From: Callorhinchus milii
Taxonomy: Eukaryota
Length of the DNA stretch: 64,000 bases
NCBI RefSeq assembly: GCF_018977255.1
Contig: NW_024704742.1
Coordinates: 138,386,001-138,450,000, forward strand
Direction of reading: 5' to 3'
Every line of letters starts with the position of its first letter. Position 1 is the first letter of the stretch. A program made the translations under genes and the position numbers. The notes beneath the pieces are model-generated. The model ran no database searches. It worked only from the letters and a program-made list of their open reading frames with translations, and had not been told where the DNA came from. Shown here piece after piece: positions 24,801-33,563 of this stretch.

Positions 24801-25065
24801 GCCCCAGATCCACTCCCACACCCCCCCAAGTGCTGCCCCTCAGGACCTCTCCTCCCCAGAGGTATCCCTGCCCACACACTGCGGGTACAAGCCCCAGATG
24901 CAGCCTGACAGCCTGGGCATCGCTGACCAGCAGCCCCCCATCACCACCCCCATCGGCAGCCCCACATCCGTCAATTCCCAAACATTCCTGCTCGCAGAGC
25001 AAGAGAGCGCTGAGCTCCCAGCCGGGAACAGGAGCTGGCCTCTCTCCTCCTTCTTCAACACATGA
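3023..25065 (+). CDS. OSMR: LIFR/OSMR-family (gp130-type) cytokine receptor, 19 coding exons, about 1080 aa. OSMR by synteny, LIFR-like by architecture. Two apparent -1 frameshifts.
   Basis: Join 3023-3089,7563-7674,8511-8659,8940-9103,9943-10125,10662-10936,13165-13294,14561-14718,14949-15094,16083-16248,16906-16982,17567-17774,18925-19101,20331-20432,20872-21039,21328-21468,22464-22557,23523-23598,24418-25065. All introns are GT-AG and phases match once 1 nt is restored in exons 5 and 6. Signal peptide, two WSxWS motifs (WSDWS, WSEWS), Ig domain, three FnIII, TM, Box1 PDIPDP and YxxQ motifs are present. The family is certain; the OSMR versus LIFR orthology rests on synteny. Confidence 0.7.
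3683..4055 (-). mobile_element. tRNA-derived SINE, full length. Other full or partial copies at about 1-117+, 636-965+, 1987-2347-, 3096-3250-, 6429-6650-, 7082-7395+, 7396-7506-, 9176-9375+
   Basis: Same head/core/tail consensus, about 350-370 bp. Confidence 0.9.
4320..4835 (+). mobile_element. L2-clade LINE 3' fragment. Similar fragments at about 7790-8460, 11730-12820, 17250-17505, 37610-37880, 39170-39600, 42670-43125, 46265-46650, 62640-62920, 63650-64000 (+) and 29165-29510, 41256-41640, 59600-59860 (-)
   Basis: Encodes the L2 ORF2 C-terminus (RPTIGGxAF...APxLWNSIP...[14 protein letters not shown]), with stem-loop tail and (TTG)n. Confidence 0.88.
5555..5805 (-). mobile_element. Older Deu-domain SINE (SacSINE1/AmnSINE1-like). 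Related fragments at about 2560-2675, 19740-19925, 20075-20205, 22075-22235, 29690-29940, 37130-37510, 46850-47010, 50130-50320, 52040-52280
   Basis: tggctcagtggt...ctctgagtcagaagg...gacgttaaaccgag...caggtggatgttaaagatccc Deu-type motifs. Confidence 0.7.
7563..7674 (+). CDS. Receptor exon 2 (D1 first half) [25 protein letters not shown]...YTVCQ
   Basis: AG/GTGAGT boundaries. The C-x9-C-x-W pattern resembles LIFR APHDLKC...WNCSW. Confidence 0.9.
8511..8659 (+). CDS. Receptor exon 3 (D1 second half) SSRKCTSVG...[20 protein letters not shown]
   Basis: TAGCAG (NAGNAG) acceptor, GTAAGT donor, phase 2 to 1. Resembles LIFR ...SKFTLNEQNV. Confidence 0.9.
8940..9103 (+). CDS. Receptor exon 4 (D2) VFQPHTP...LLVEWSDG...FQIQVI
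   Basis: AG/GTAAGT, phase 1 to 0, FnIII pattern. Confidence 0.9.
9943..10125 (+). CDS. Receptor exon 5 (D2, WSDWS), with a 1-nt deletion at about 10012
   Basis: QWSWLTEM[P][12 protein letters not shown]...WSDWSPW matches LIFR HWSWASDMPLEC...WSDWSP only if one C is restored after ATG 10009-10011. Confidence 0.85.
10199..10572 (+). mobile_element. tRNA-derived SINE, full length
   Basis: Head ggaatcttgtagtcagtggttagagc through tail aaatgcaagga(tta)n. Confidence 0.9.
10662..10936 (+). CDS. Receptor exon 6 (Ig-like D3), with a 1-nt deletion at about 10791-10793
   Basis: [19 protein letters not shown]... continues as [18 protein letters not shown]...GNVFCE...GAVIFV in a shifted frame. Donor C|GTATGT chosen for phase 1. 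Confidence 0.8.
11071..11455 (+). repeat. Minisatellite, about 30-bp unit (ccatctagtcccactcccccgctcttacc) x about 13
   Basis: Direct tandem copies inside a CR1 3' tail. The reverse-complement array is at about 15765-15893. Confidence 0.95.
12905..13095. mobile_element. Palindromic Penelope-like terminal remnant. A half copy at 47283-47395 and a core fragment at 2676-2722
   Basis: Arms ctcagcaggtcaggcagcatctatgga / tccatagatgctgcctgacctgctgag enclose ctgacaa...gaaaacgtt. The family assignment is from memory of shark Penelope-derived repeats. Confidence 0.6.
13165..13294 (+). CDS. Receptor exon 7 (D4) [26 protein letters not shown]...YTL
   Basis: Typical CETxDLKxxxCxWxPG of LIFR/OSMR, with AG/GT boundaries. 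Confidence 0.93.
13360..14235 (+). mobile_element. L2-clade LINE 3' fragment (about 0.9 kb)
   Basis: Degenerate ORF2 (LNVNKTE...RNLGVLFD...LHWLPI...FKILVLTFK) plus tail. Confidence 0.88.
14561..14718 (+). CDS. Receptor exon 8 (D4) ...[25 protein letters not shown]
   Basis: YNxxLxAxNPLG motif, AG/GTGAGT. Confidence 0.93.
14949..15094 (+). CDS. Receptor exon 9 (D5) VHPFAPDNL...ITLLW...LMCEI
   Basis: FnIII pattern, AG/GTAAGT. Confidence 0.92.
15300..15975 (+). mobile_element. CR1 LINE 3' fragment with tail. Other CR1 pieces at about 9600-9775, 11000-11465, 14750-14895, 43130-43480, 47555-47985, 53175-53320, 59070-59330
   Basis: [12 protein letters not shown]...[10 protein letters not shown]...[14 protein letters not shown] and the CR1 3'UTR (gatgggc.aatggcctccttct...ttctatga). 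Confidence 0.9.
16083..16248 (+). CDS. Receptor exon 10 (D5, WSEWS) ...[19 protein letters not shown]
   Basis: HFWKWSEWS as in OSMR, AG/GTGAGT. Confidence 0.95.
16352..16716 (+). mobile_element. tRNA-derived SINE, full length. Further + copies at about 14238-14425, 19130-19306, 23884-24252, 30175-30540
   Basis: Consensus match, tRNA-Ala-like head. Confidence 0.9.
16906..16982 (+). CDS. Receptor exon 11 (D6) [10 protein letters not shown]...VTLFWK
   Basis: DVWR...VTLFWK as in OSMR, AG/GTAAGG. Confidence 0.93.
17567..17774 (+). CDS. Receptor exon 12 (D6) [18 protein letters not shown]...[11 protein letters not shown]
   Basis: EANGxIxxY and VxAxNSxGxSP motifs, AG/GTAAGT. Confidence 0.95.
17868..18880. 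repeat. Compound (AG)n/(AC)n simple repeat. Others at about 20455-20830, 23610-23845, 32530-32950, 43483-43905, 53340-53680, 56680-56980, 57160-57450
   Basis: Direct inspection. Confidence 0.95.
18925..19101 (+). CDS. Receptor exon 13 (D7) ...[14 protein letters not shown]...GYTVQWC...EWLKLP
   Basis: EGGFxLSW (OSMR-like) and YxVxWC. Confidence 0.95.
20331..20432 (+). CDS. Receptor exon 14 [16 protein letters not shown]...GYTKEL
   Basis: FxPGVRYxF and GYxxEL motifs. Confidence 0.95.
   Translation: MSLNLECATTSQCMSAGRTVITYWRNRLATQKN
20872..21039 (+). CDS. Receptor exon 15 (D8) APTDGPEV...[22 protein letters not shown]
   Basis: WEDIPxxxLRGF as in LIFR. Donor A|GTACGT. Confidence 0.9.
21328..21468 (+). 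CDS. Receptor exon 16 (D8) ...[23 protein letters not shown]...VTTLNS
   Basis: AFTxGGEGP motif, AG/GTGAGT. Confidence 0.93.
22464..22557 (+). CDS. Receptor exon 17 (transmembrane) [31 protein letters not shown]
   Basis: Hydrophobic helix followed by CYRKxEW (LIFR-like), AG/GTAAGT. Confidence 0.95.
22813..23139 (+). mobile_element. tRNA-derived SINE (short subfamily) inserted into an L2 3' fragment (about 22650-23385)
   Basis: Near-identical to 1496-1811. L2 sequence resumes on both sides. Confidence 0.9.
23523..23598 (+). CDS. Receptor exon 18 (Box1) [19 protein letters not shown]
   Basis: JAK-binding Box1 PxxPxP. Confidence 0.95.
24418..25065 (+). CDS. Receptor terminal exon 19 (cytoplasmic tail: Box2, YSTI, YQRQ, YQPQ, YKPQ)
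   Basis: Acceptor cctccag at 24417. [16 protein letters not shown] resembles LIFR TLEMNPCTPNNVEVLE. Stop TGA at 25063-25065. Confidence 0.93.
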   Translation, partial: GVTTCSTLEPRDCIPNEVQVVEGRQLAMEGRKGSLYESIPDDTSNQESQSQGVLSYTPQRVSTDTNLPSNTSGRTNLAFDVSSLPPSPPCPSQVTYSTIQSSGYQRQGRPGPEQPQAQTDIVVKSGYQPQIHSHTPPSAAPQDLSSPEVSLPTHCGYKPQMQPDSLGIADQQPPITTPIGSPTSVNSQTFLLAEQESAELPAGNRSWPLSSFFNT

Positions 25066-25499
25066 ACAGCTCCAAGTCCTTCTTGCAGCTCCTCCCTCCC
25101 TCCCCCCACCCCCGAACTGTCACTGGAAGCCAGGGGCAGAGGCCAGGATTATACCCTGAGGGGAGCCCAGGCCAAACCTTCCTGGTCCTCTCAGCTCTCC
25201 TGTGTGTCCTCAGCGTAAAAATCCCACAACACGATCGCAACACAGAAGGACGTTTCTCCCGGTGTCTAGGCCGACAATTCCGCACATAAACCGTCCGTTC
25301 ACGTCCTGGCCGGCAGCTTTGGGACCTCACTGTGTGTATTGGCTGCTGCTTCTCCCTGTCTGACAGTCAGTCTGACAGTCAGTCTGATAGTCTGATAGTC
25401 TGCACCCGACAGGGATTGTGTTCTTTGAGATGTTCCCACGTGACCCAAGTGCTGCATAAACACAAGTTCTTTCTTTTTATACCAGTTAATATATTCCTC

Positions 25500-25935
25500 C
25501 CCACCCCCCCCAACCACCACCCCCCCCCCCAACCACCATCCCCCCCCAACCACCATCCCCCCCCAACCACCATCCCCCCCAACCACCATCCTCCCCCACC
25601 CCCCTCAACCACCATCCTCCCCACACCCCCTCAACCACTATTCCCCCCCTCAACCACCATTCCCCCCTCAACCACCATTCCCCCCCTCAACCACCATTCC
25701 CCCCCTCAACCACCATTCCCCCCCCTCAACCACCACCCCCCCAACCACCATCCTCCCCCCACCCCCCTCAACCACCACCCCCCTCAACCACCACCTCCCC
25801 GCTTAACCACCATCCTCCCCCCACCCCCTTCAACCACCATTCCCCCCCTCAACCACCATCACCCCCTCAACCATCATCCTCCCTCCCCTCAACCACCATC
25901 TCCCGCCCTCCACCACCATCCCCTCCCCTCAACCT
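25500..25935 (+). repeat. C-rich degenerate minisatellite (ccccctcaaccaccatt-like, 17-20 bp)
   Basis: Tandem units in the receptor 3'UTR region. Confidence 0.9.
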
Positions 25936-27631
25936 TGACCTCCATCAGCTCATGTCAGGCTGACAATACCCAAATTCCGTTCAGTTACAGGCATTGTCTC
26001 ACTGCGGGAGGGCGGGGGAGGAGGAGAGGACGTTTGGTGTGTTGGAGTGGGAGCTGGTTTGTTATCGATGTGTTCCTCGTCCCTCACTCTCCCCCTCATT
26101 CCACTGGTGGCTGAGCTTTGAGTCCCTGCTCTTGAGGCCCTTTGCTTTGCGCCCACTCTTCCTGCTTTGGGATGTGTGTATGTGTGAACTTGTGCTGTGA
26201 GGGTTTCAGTTAGTGGCAGAGCGAGTGTTTGAGGCTAATGAGCTGCCCTTGTCCTGGGCCCCAGGGTCACCATTCCACAGCCCTAGAGCCCTACAGCCTC
26301 AGCATCTCCATTATTGTTCCATCTATTTATTCCAACTTAATTCATCTTAAAACTCATTTAATCAGCAGCACGACACTGTGTACAGGGCCCACAGAGCTGG
26401 AGATTAGAGACCTTTCCCCAATCATCAGTAATCCACCACCTAAATTGGTCATTCACCTCAGGCTGGACACCAACGGATGCAGTTTTTGCCCAAAAGACAC
26501 TGTCAGGAATCAGCTGTGAAGCTTTGAGGTGTTTTGATAAGATGATACAAAGAGAAAACTAATAATAATCCTTGCATTTGATATCGCGCCTTTGAGACGT
26601 CTCAAAGCGCTTCACAGAATATACTGTAAAGCGCTAAGAGACTGTATATTTTGTGGGCAAAATCAGGACCATCTGTGTCAGGCTCTGCAACCCTCAACTG
26701 AGTGAGATTACTGTCGACCTCATCCACCACAGGCAGTTCTACCCATTTATGGCAGTTCTTAATGTGATTCCATAAGAAATTTGTTCTCCATGTTGTAAAT
26801 CGCCACTGACTCCCTATCGCCAAATGAATTGATTTTAAGATCCTCATTTTCAAATCCCTTCACACCCTGACACCCCCCCACCTCTCCAACCTGCTTACTC
26901 CCCAACCCACCACCCATTGGGTTGCCTCCAGGTCGTGCCTGAAGGCCTTCCTCTTTGACCGTTCCTATGATCACCTCCCCCGCCCCCCGTGCTCTGCCAC
27001 TAACACGGACGCTGCCCGGTATGATGGCCGCTATGTAAATGTAATGCGTTCTGGTCTCCTGGTAAACCCTGAGCCTCCAGTGGGCAAATGGGTCCATTGA
27101 GCTGCTGGTGTTACTGGGATTTCAGTGGCCACCAATGAGCAGTCAATGGCACAAACCCTGAGCACTGGGAGCAGCACCGACACCCCCAGGACAAGTCCAG
27201 GTGTCATTATTTCATGGTCAAGAGGTTGATATCAGTGTTAATTAGCACATCACAAAGTCTCTCTGGTTGGATGTATCACGTTTACACTGAGAGAGTCTGA
27301 GTTACCTTCAGCCTCAGAAAACTTAACACACTTTGATGTATTTCCATTCTAAAGGAATTTGACCATTTCCCCAAAGGCAATGCCCCATTGATATTATACT
27401 GTACTGAGAGAAAGTGTATGTAATCATCTGCTTTATGTGTAACTATATATAGTCATTGTTACAAAACAATGTAAAGGGAATATCTGATGATGAAGCCTCT
27501 GATTGAACACAACCGGACAAACTCTGGGATCAAACCATCTGTAAAACACAACACTGTCCTTTGTGATCACAAGAGCAGTTCAGATGAAGAAATATATATT
27601 GAAAATTATGGCACAAAAGGAGAATATTCAG

Positions 27632-28352
27632 CCCATGGTGTCTGTGCTGGTGCTCACTCCCCCACTGGAGCTCTCTACTCTAACCCCATTCCCTGCTCTC
27701 TCCCCATCGTGTCTGTGCTGGTGCTCACTCCCCCACTGGAGCTCTGTACTCTAACCCCATTCCCTGCTCTCTCTCTCTCCCCATCGTGTCTGTGCTGGTG
27801 CTCACTCCCCCACTGGAGCTCTCTACTCTAACCCCATTCCCTGCTCTCTCTCTCCCCATGGTGTCTGTGCTGGTGCTCGCTCCCCCACTGGAGCTCTCTA
27901 CTCTAACCCCATTCCCTGCTCTCCCCCCATCGTGTCTGTGCTGGTGCTCACTCCCCCACTGGAGCTCTCTACTCTAACCCCATTCCCTGCTCTCTCTCTC
28001 CCCATGGTGTCTGTGCTGGTGCTCACTCCCCCACTGGAGCTCTCTACTCTAACCCCATTCCCTGCTCTCTCCCCATCGTGTCTGTGCTGGTGCTCGCTCC
28101 CCCACTGGAGCTCTCTACTCTAACCCCATTCCCTGCTCTCTCTCTCCCCATCGTGTCTGTGCTGGTGCTCACTCCCCCACTGGAGCTCTCTACTCTAACC
28201 CCATTCCCTGCTCTCTCTCTCCCCATGGTGTCTGTGCTGGTGCTCGCTCCCCCACTGGAGCTCTCTACTCTAACCCCATTCCCTGCTCTCCCCCCATCGT
28301 GTCTGTGCTGGTGCTCACTCCCCCACTGGAGCTCTCTACTCTAACCCCATTC
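27632..28352 (+). repeat. Minisatellite, 71/75-bp unit x about 10
   Basis: ccccatcgtgtctgtgctggtgctcactcccccactggagctctctactctaaccccattccctgctctct repeated. Confidence 0.95.
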
Positions 28353-29001
28353 TACTGAATGTCTGTGATTGTCCTGTTCCGTCACTGGAGCTCTGTATTC
28401 TAACCAAAAGGTGGTTGGAAGAGATGGGATAAATATTTGAGAGGAAAATAATTCCATTTATTCTTGTCCAATTCCAATTTTGATATTGGTTTCAGATTAC
28501 CCACCGAACATCTTCCCAGTGTCGTGGCTCCTCTCCCTGCCTCGTAACCTGTCCCAAAGATAACTGAAATGAGTAACCGTCTACATCTGCTCTCTGCTCC
28601 TTCCGCCTCTTTGCGTCCATCCTTTGGGATTCCATCCCAGTCCCTTCCCCTCGCTCCGTTGCCTCGTTTCAAGGCACGTCTCAGAATCCTCTTCAGTTCC
28701 GCCTTTGACCACCCCCCAACCTCTGCCCTCCACCCTCCCTGATCCCAACCCCCAGCTCACATACAAATCCCTGGGATGTCCTCCCGATGGGAAAGGCGCT
28801 GTTCAATTGTCATTTTGTATTGTATCCAAACCTCTTGTCAACAGAATGGTTTCTGCCTTTTAGCTGAACACGGTATGAAATCAAATGTCCAACACTACAC
28901 AGGTATTATACCACTACATAGGCTTCGCAGCAAAGAAATGTTTACTGCTGCATTTTGTTTTTGTAGATCTATAAATGTTGAATTAATGTCATTTTATTTT
29001 T

Positions 29002-29007
29002 AATAAA
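29002..29007 (+). terminator. Candidate polyadenylation signal (AATAAA) of the receptor gene
   Basis: AATAAA in an AU-rich non-repeat tract, followed by a GT-rich downstream element (ggtttctgttgtgttggt). Confidence 0.5.
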
Positions 29008-30840
29008 ACAAGTTACTCGAAGATTGGTTTCTGTTGTGTTGGTAGTTTACTTTGCAATGTTGGGATAATATATTTAAATCAAAAAATAATTTGGTCATTC
29101 AATCCATGACTGTCTGTTCGCTGCCGAGTTTCGCCCACAAAATAGTCAATTCACTTTACAGTATACAACAACAACAACATTCCACGTGTAAAGCCTTTCA
29201 CGTCGGGAGGACATCCCAGAGCCGAGTTACAGACCCGAGCTGCTGAGGGCGGGGGGGGGGGGGGAAGCACGGAGATCGAAAGCGCGGTCAAAGAGGAGGA
29301 TCTTGAGATGAATCTTGAAGGTGGCGAGGGAGGGGGTGAGGGAGGGGGTGAGGGAGGGGGGTGAGGGAGGGGGTGAGGGAGGGGGTGAGAGAGGGGGCGA
29401 GGGAGGGGGCGAGGGAGGGGGCGAGGGAGGGGGGTGAGGGAGGGGGGCGAGATGGAAGGACTGGTATGGAGGTCCAGAGGGTGGGGGCAGAGTGGTGGAA
29501 GGCTCACCCTTTGCAGGCAATTGAGGCAGTCAATTTGCACAGTATTAGTAATAATAATCCTTGCATATATTCTGTCTATCGTTGTGTATATTCTGTGAAG
29601 CTTTGAGATATCTCAAAGACATGATAAGGCGCAATAACAAATGCAAGAATTATTATTTATTTTCATTAAGTCTCAGTTGTACTGTTGTAGTTTCAGGATG
29701 TGGGTTTGAGCCACTGAGTCAGTACTGATGGCTGTAGTGATGCTCTGGTGCAGTGCTGAAGGGAAGCACTACAATATGAGCGGTGCTGAATATCCATCTT
29801 CCTGTTCAGGTGGATATTAATGATCCAATATTACTAATGCAGAAGGAGTTTTTCTCCCGGTGTTTTGGCCAAAATTCCCCACAAACAATTGCTCATTCAC
29901 TTTAATGGCTGTTTGTGGGACAATACAATATTTCACCTACAAAATATAGTCAATTCACTTTACAGTATATTCTGTGAAGCGCTTTGAGACGTCTCAGACC
30001 TGAGAGCTATATCCAATACAAGGATTATTATTATTACTGTGTGCAAATTGCCTGACTCATTTGCCTACAGTCACTTCACTTGACAATAATAATAACACCA
30101 TTCAGTTTCTCCTGTTGTGGGATGAGAGAAAGGCGAATACCCACATCATCACTTTCTTATTGTAAAATGATTGTGGAGTCCTGTAGTTTTGTAGTTACAG
30201 CATTCACCTCACAAGCGCGAGGACCCGGGTGTGATTCCTGGGCAGAGCGAAACATTGGGCAAGTTTCCTAACTCCACACGTCTGTTTACCTAACAATAAG
30301 CAGGAACCCGGGTGTTAGTCAATCAGGGGATTGCTTTTCTGGGAGGAAATAATGCCTTCAAAAATATTATAATCTGGTCACTCAATCCACGACTGTTTGT
30401 GGGGACACTGCTGTGCACAATTGGCTGTCGCATTTCACCCACAAAATTTAGTCAATTCACTTTACAGTATATTCTGTGAAGCGCTTTGATACGTCTCAAG
30501 GATTTGATAAGGAGATATATCAAATTCAAGGATTAATAACCTGTTACAGGCCCCGCCCACATACAGCCCCACTGTAGTTAATCTGTAATTAACACATAAA
30601 ATAAACCCTCTGACATGTTTTGATGGGGGATAATAATAATTGCTTCACAGAATATACTGTAAATTGACTCTATAACTTTGTGGACGAAACACAGGAGCCA
30701 ATTGCGCGCAGCAGTGTCCCACAAACAGTCGTGGAAATACGTACAAACAGATAAGGCAGTATATAACACACACGGATTATTATAATAACCAGACTGACAG
30801 TAAATAAGGACTGGACGCCAGGAAAGTGCGTTTCAGTACT

Positions 30841-30846
30841 TTTATT
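30841..30846 (-). terminator. Candidate polyadenylation signal of RICTOR (second candidate 30970-30975)
   Basis: TTTATT on + at the edge of unique AU-rich 3'UTR-like sequence (about 30840-33488). Confidence 0.5.
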
Positions 30847-31321
30847 AACGCACCCCTTTGATCAGAGTGAATGTTCAGAAGAGAGATGCCCAGAAACACA
30901 AACTGTACACACTATACAGAGGAACCACAATTGGGCAAAAAAAACCCTGACACTGCCTTCGCTTTGCATTTTATTTAAATTATACACAGCTTCATGAAAT
31001 ATTCTCTTATGGAAAATATAAATAATTTCTTCTTTCTTCTGTTGAATTCTCTATGTTACAGGTATACAATATAAATCCCGTGTGGTGTTCAGTGACCTAT
31101 AAACACTGGACATCCGAGTAACGTAGCAGCTTATCAGAAAACAAACAGACAGATCCACAAATGCTGGGTCGATGGGTGTGAATGTGTTGGTCATTGCTGT
31201 CAGATTTCCCCCCCGTTTCTCTCTGTCCCCCACGTAACACAGCACAACGCTGGGTCAAACCTCTCACCTGTGAGCAAACCTTGGCCTATGTCTCCCTTCA
31301 TTTTCCAATCTAATTAGCCAG

Positions 31322-31353
<32 letters not shown>

Positions 31354-33488
31354 TCAGTGAGAGGAGAAAGGTAGAGAAGCGAGTTGGAGAGAAAGGAAGT
31401 GAGGGAAATGGGGGTAAGAGTCAACAGGGCTTTACCCTGAACAAATCAATGTGTATTGGGAACACTCTCGGTGATGTCTCCTAGTGGGAGGTCTGTGTGT
31501 CTGTGTGGGGGTAGGGCTGTGTGTGTGTTGGGGGGTGGGGGGGGTGTGGGGGCAGGGCCCCCGGCTGCCCTCAGTGTGGGCACCAGAGAGCACTAACCAC
31601 AGTGAGGCCTCGCGGTTGCCATTAGTGTTGTTGGATTGGGAATAAGAGAAAAGGGGAGTGAGAGGTGACTGTGGGGAGGGAGGGGTGACTATGGGGAGGG
31701 AGGGTGACCGGGGGAGGGAGGGGTGACCGGGGGGAGGGAGGGGTGACCGGGGGGAGGGAGGGAGTTCCCAGCAGTACCTGTGACAGAGGTAGACACACAG
31801 TGGGCCTGAGCACAGACACGGTTAGATGCCGTTTCCCATGGTTTTACACAACGTCTGATCTGGTTAATGTGACCACTGATATCTCAGCCCCCTGTGCCGC
31901 CTCTCATACACCCCTGGTCTCCATCACCCCCTCCCACCCCCACAGCTAAACACCCCCTCCTCTCCCCACAGCTCATCAGCCACAATCACAACAGCCCTGA
32001 ATTCTACCCCCCTCTCCTGTACGTGAGATCAGATCAGGGAAGGCACTGACACTGAAGCTGACACACACGGACCCCTCTCAGCTACACACACTCCCCACTG
32101 AAAGAGAAGCAGCTCAGCTCTGAACTGACCCCTTTGGCTCCTGTGGAGTCACTAACAGTCTTTATCGTGTAGTTTCCCGGCTCCTGTCAGCCGCTCGGTG
32201 CAGATACCGATCGCAGCCGAGGGGGCAGCAGAACAGGCTACAACTGGCCTCAGACCCCGGGGTTAGGGAGGGAGAGAGAAGGGGGTGGGTGGGGGCGAAG
32301 GGGAGAGGACAGGGAGAGAGGGAATAGGACAGGGAACCTCCAGCTCCTGAGACCTGAAATTCATCCAGTCTTTACCTGGAAGACCATTTTGATGTTAAAT
32401 TTAAGGTGGGGCAGAATCTCAGATCCGATTCCGGGTTTAAGTTTATTTTCCACAGAAGAAAACTTCTGTTTCCAAATTATCACTGGATTTGAGAATCGTA
32501 CACAAATCTTGCAAACCTCAAGACAGAGCAGTCTGTCTGTCTGTCTGTCAGGCTGGGTGGGTGTCTGTCTGTCTGTCAGGCTGGGTGGGTGTCTGTCTGT
32601 CAGGCAGGCTGGGTGGGTGTCTGTCTGTCTGTCAGGCTGGGTGGGTGTCTGTCTGTCTGTCAGGCTGGGTGGGTGGGTGGGTGGGGGCCTCTGGTTCCAT
32701 GGGTAGGTCAGGCCAAAGCTCACTCTCAACCTCCCAGCCTCTGCCCACAGCTTGTTGGCTGGCACGGGCTTGTGTCTGTGTGTGTCTCTAAGAGTGTGTG
32801 TATCTCTAAGAGTGTGTGTCTGTCTCTAAGAGTTTGGAGTGTGTGTGTCTGAGTGTGTGTCTCTAAGAGTGTGTCTGTGTGTGTCTCTAAAAGTGTGTCT
32901 GAGTGTGCGTGTCTGAGTCTGTCTGAGTGTATGTGTGTGTGTGTGTGTGACTCACAGCGCAGACACTGGCTGAGCCATGGGCTGGGCTGTGGGGGAAATT
33001 CTCCCGGCTCACACACATGGCTACTCTGGCTACAGTCCCTTGTGTCAGAGCAGCAAATGTTGCGCACAGACAGTGACCTGCAGCGAGGTTCCTCTGTGCT
33101 TGGCTCCTCACCAGGAAACCTGTGCCAGCACAGAGGAACCTCAATGCAGGTTATTGACCTACTGCTGCCCAGTTTCATGGCGTTGCTCTGTGCCTGTCTC
33201 CCTCACTGGCACAGGGGCGGGGAAGGGGAAAGGTTTGGGAAGGAAGGAGAAGGTTAGTGGCGTCAGGGCTGTGCTGTTTCACACCTGCTGTAGTGTTAAT
33301 CCCTCCAACTCCAGGACAGAGGGAGGGAGGGAGGAAGGGAAATAAATAAGTCAGACAGTGGGTGGGGTGAGGTGGTGCCTCCTGTCCCCGGGATGGAGGA
33401 AGCGAGAGAGGGAGGGAGGTGATGGGTGCGTTGGTACCAGATCCCGGGAGGATACACAGGCTCTCTCCGTGGCCACTCACACACCGGG

Positions 33489-33563
33489 TCAGGAGGCAGC
33501 GCTCAGCTCAGCTTCACCCGGCTTCACTGCCACCACCAGCACCGTGTCAGCCTCCTCGTACAG
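33489..33563 (-). CDS. RICTOR: RICTOR last coding exon [24 protein letters not shown]
   Basis: Resembles human MHEEAEAVL...SAES*. Polypyrimidine tract and cag acceptor, TGA at 33491-33489. Confidence 0.88.
   Translation of the reverse strand: MYEEADTVLVVAVKPGEAELSAAS

Noticed and set aside
25332..26114. 260-aa Pro/His-rich ORF
   Set aside because: Translation of a C-rich minisatellite in the 3'UTR, with no ATG start or splice support.
27632..28352. Regularly spaced repeats resembling a CRISPR array
   Set aside because: Contiguous tandem units with no unique spacers, eukaryotic context, and no cas genes.
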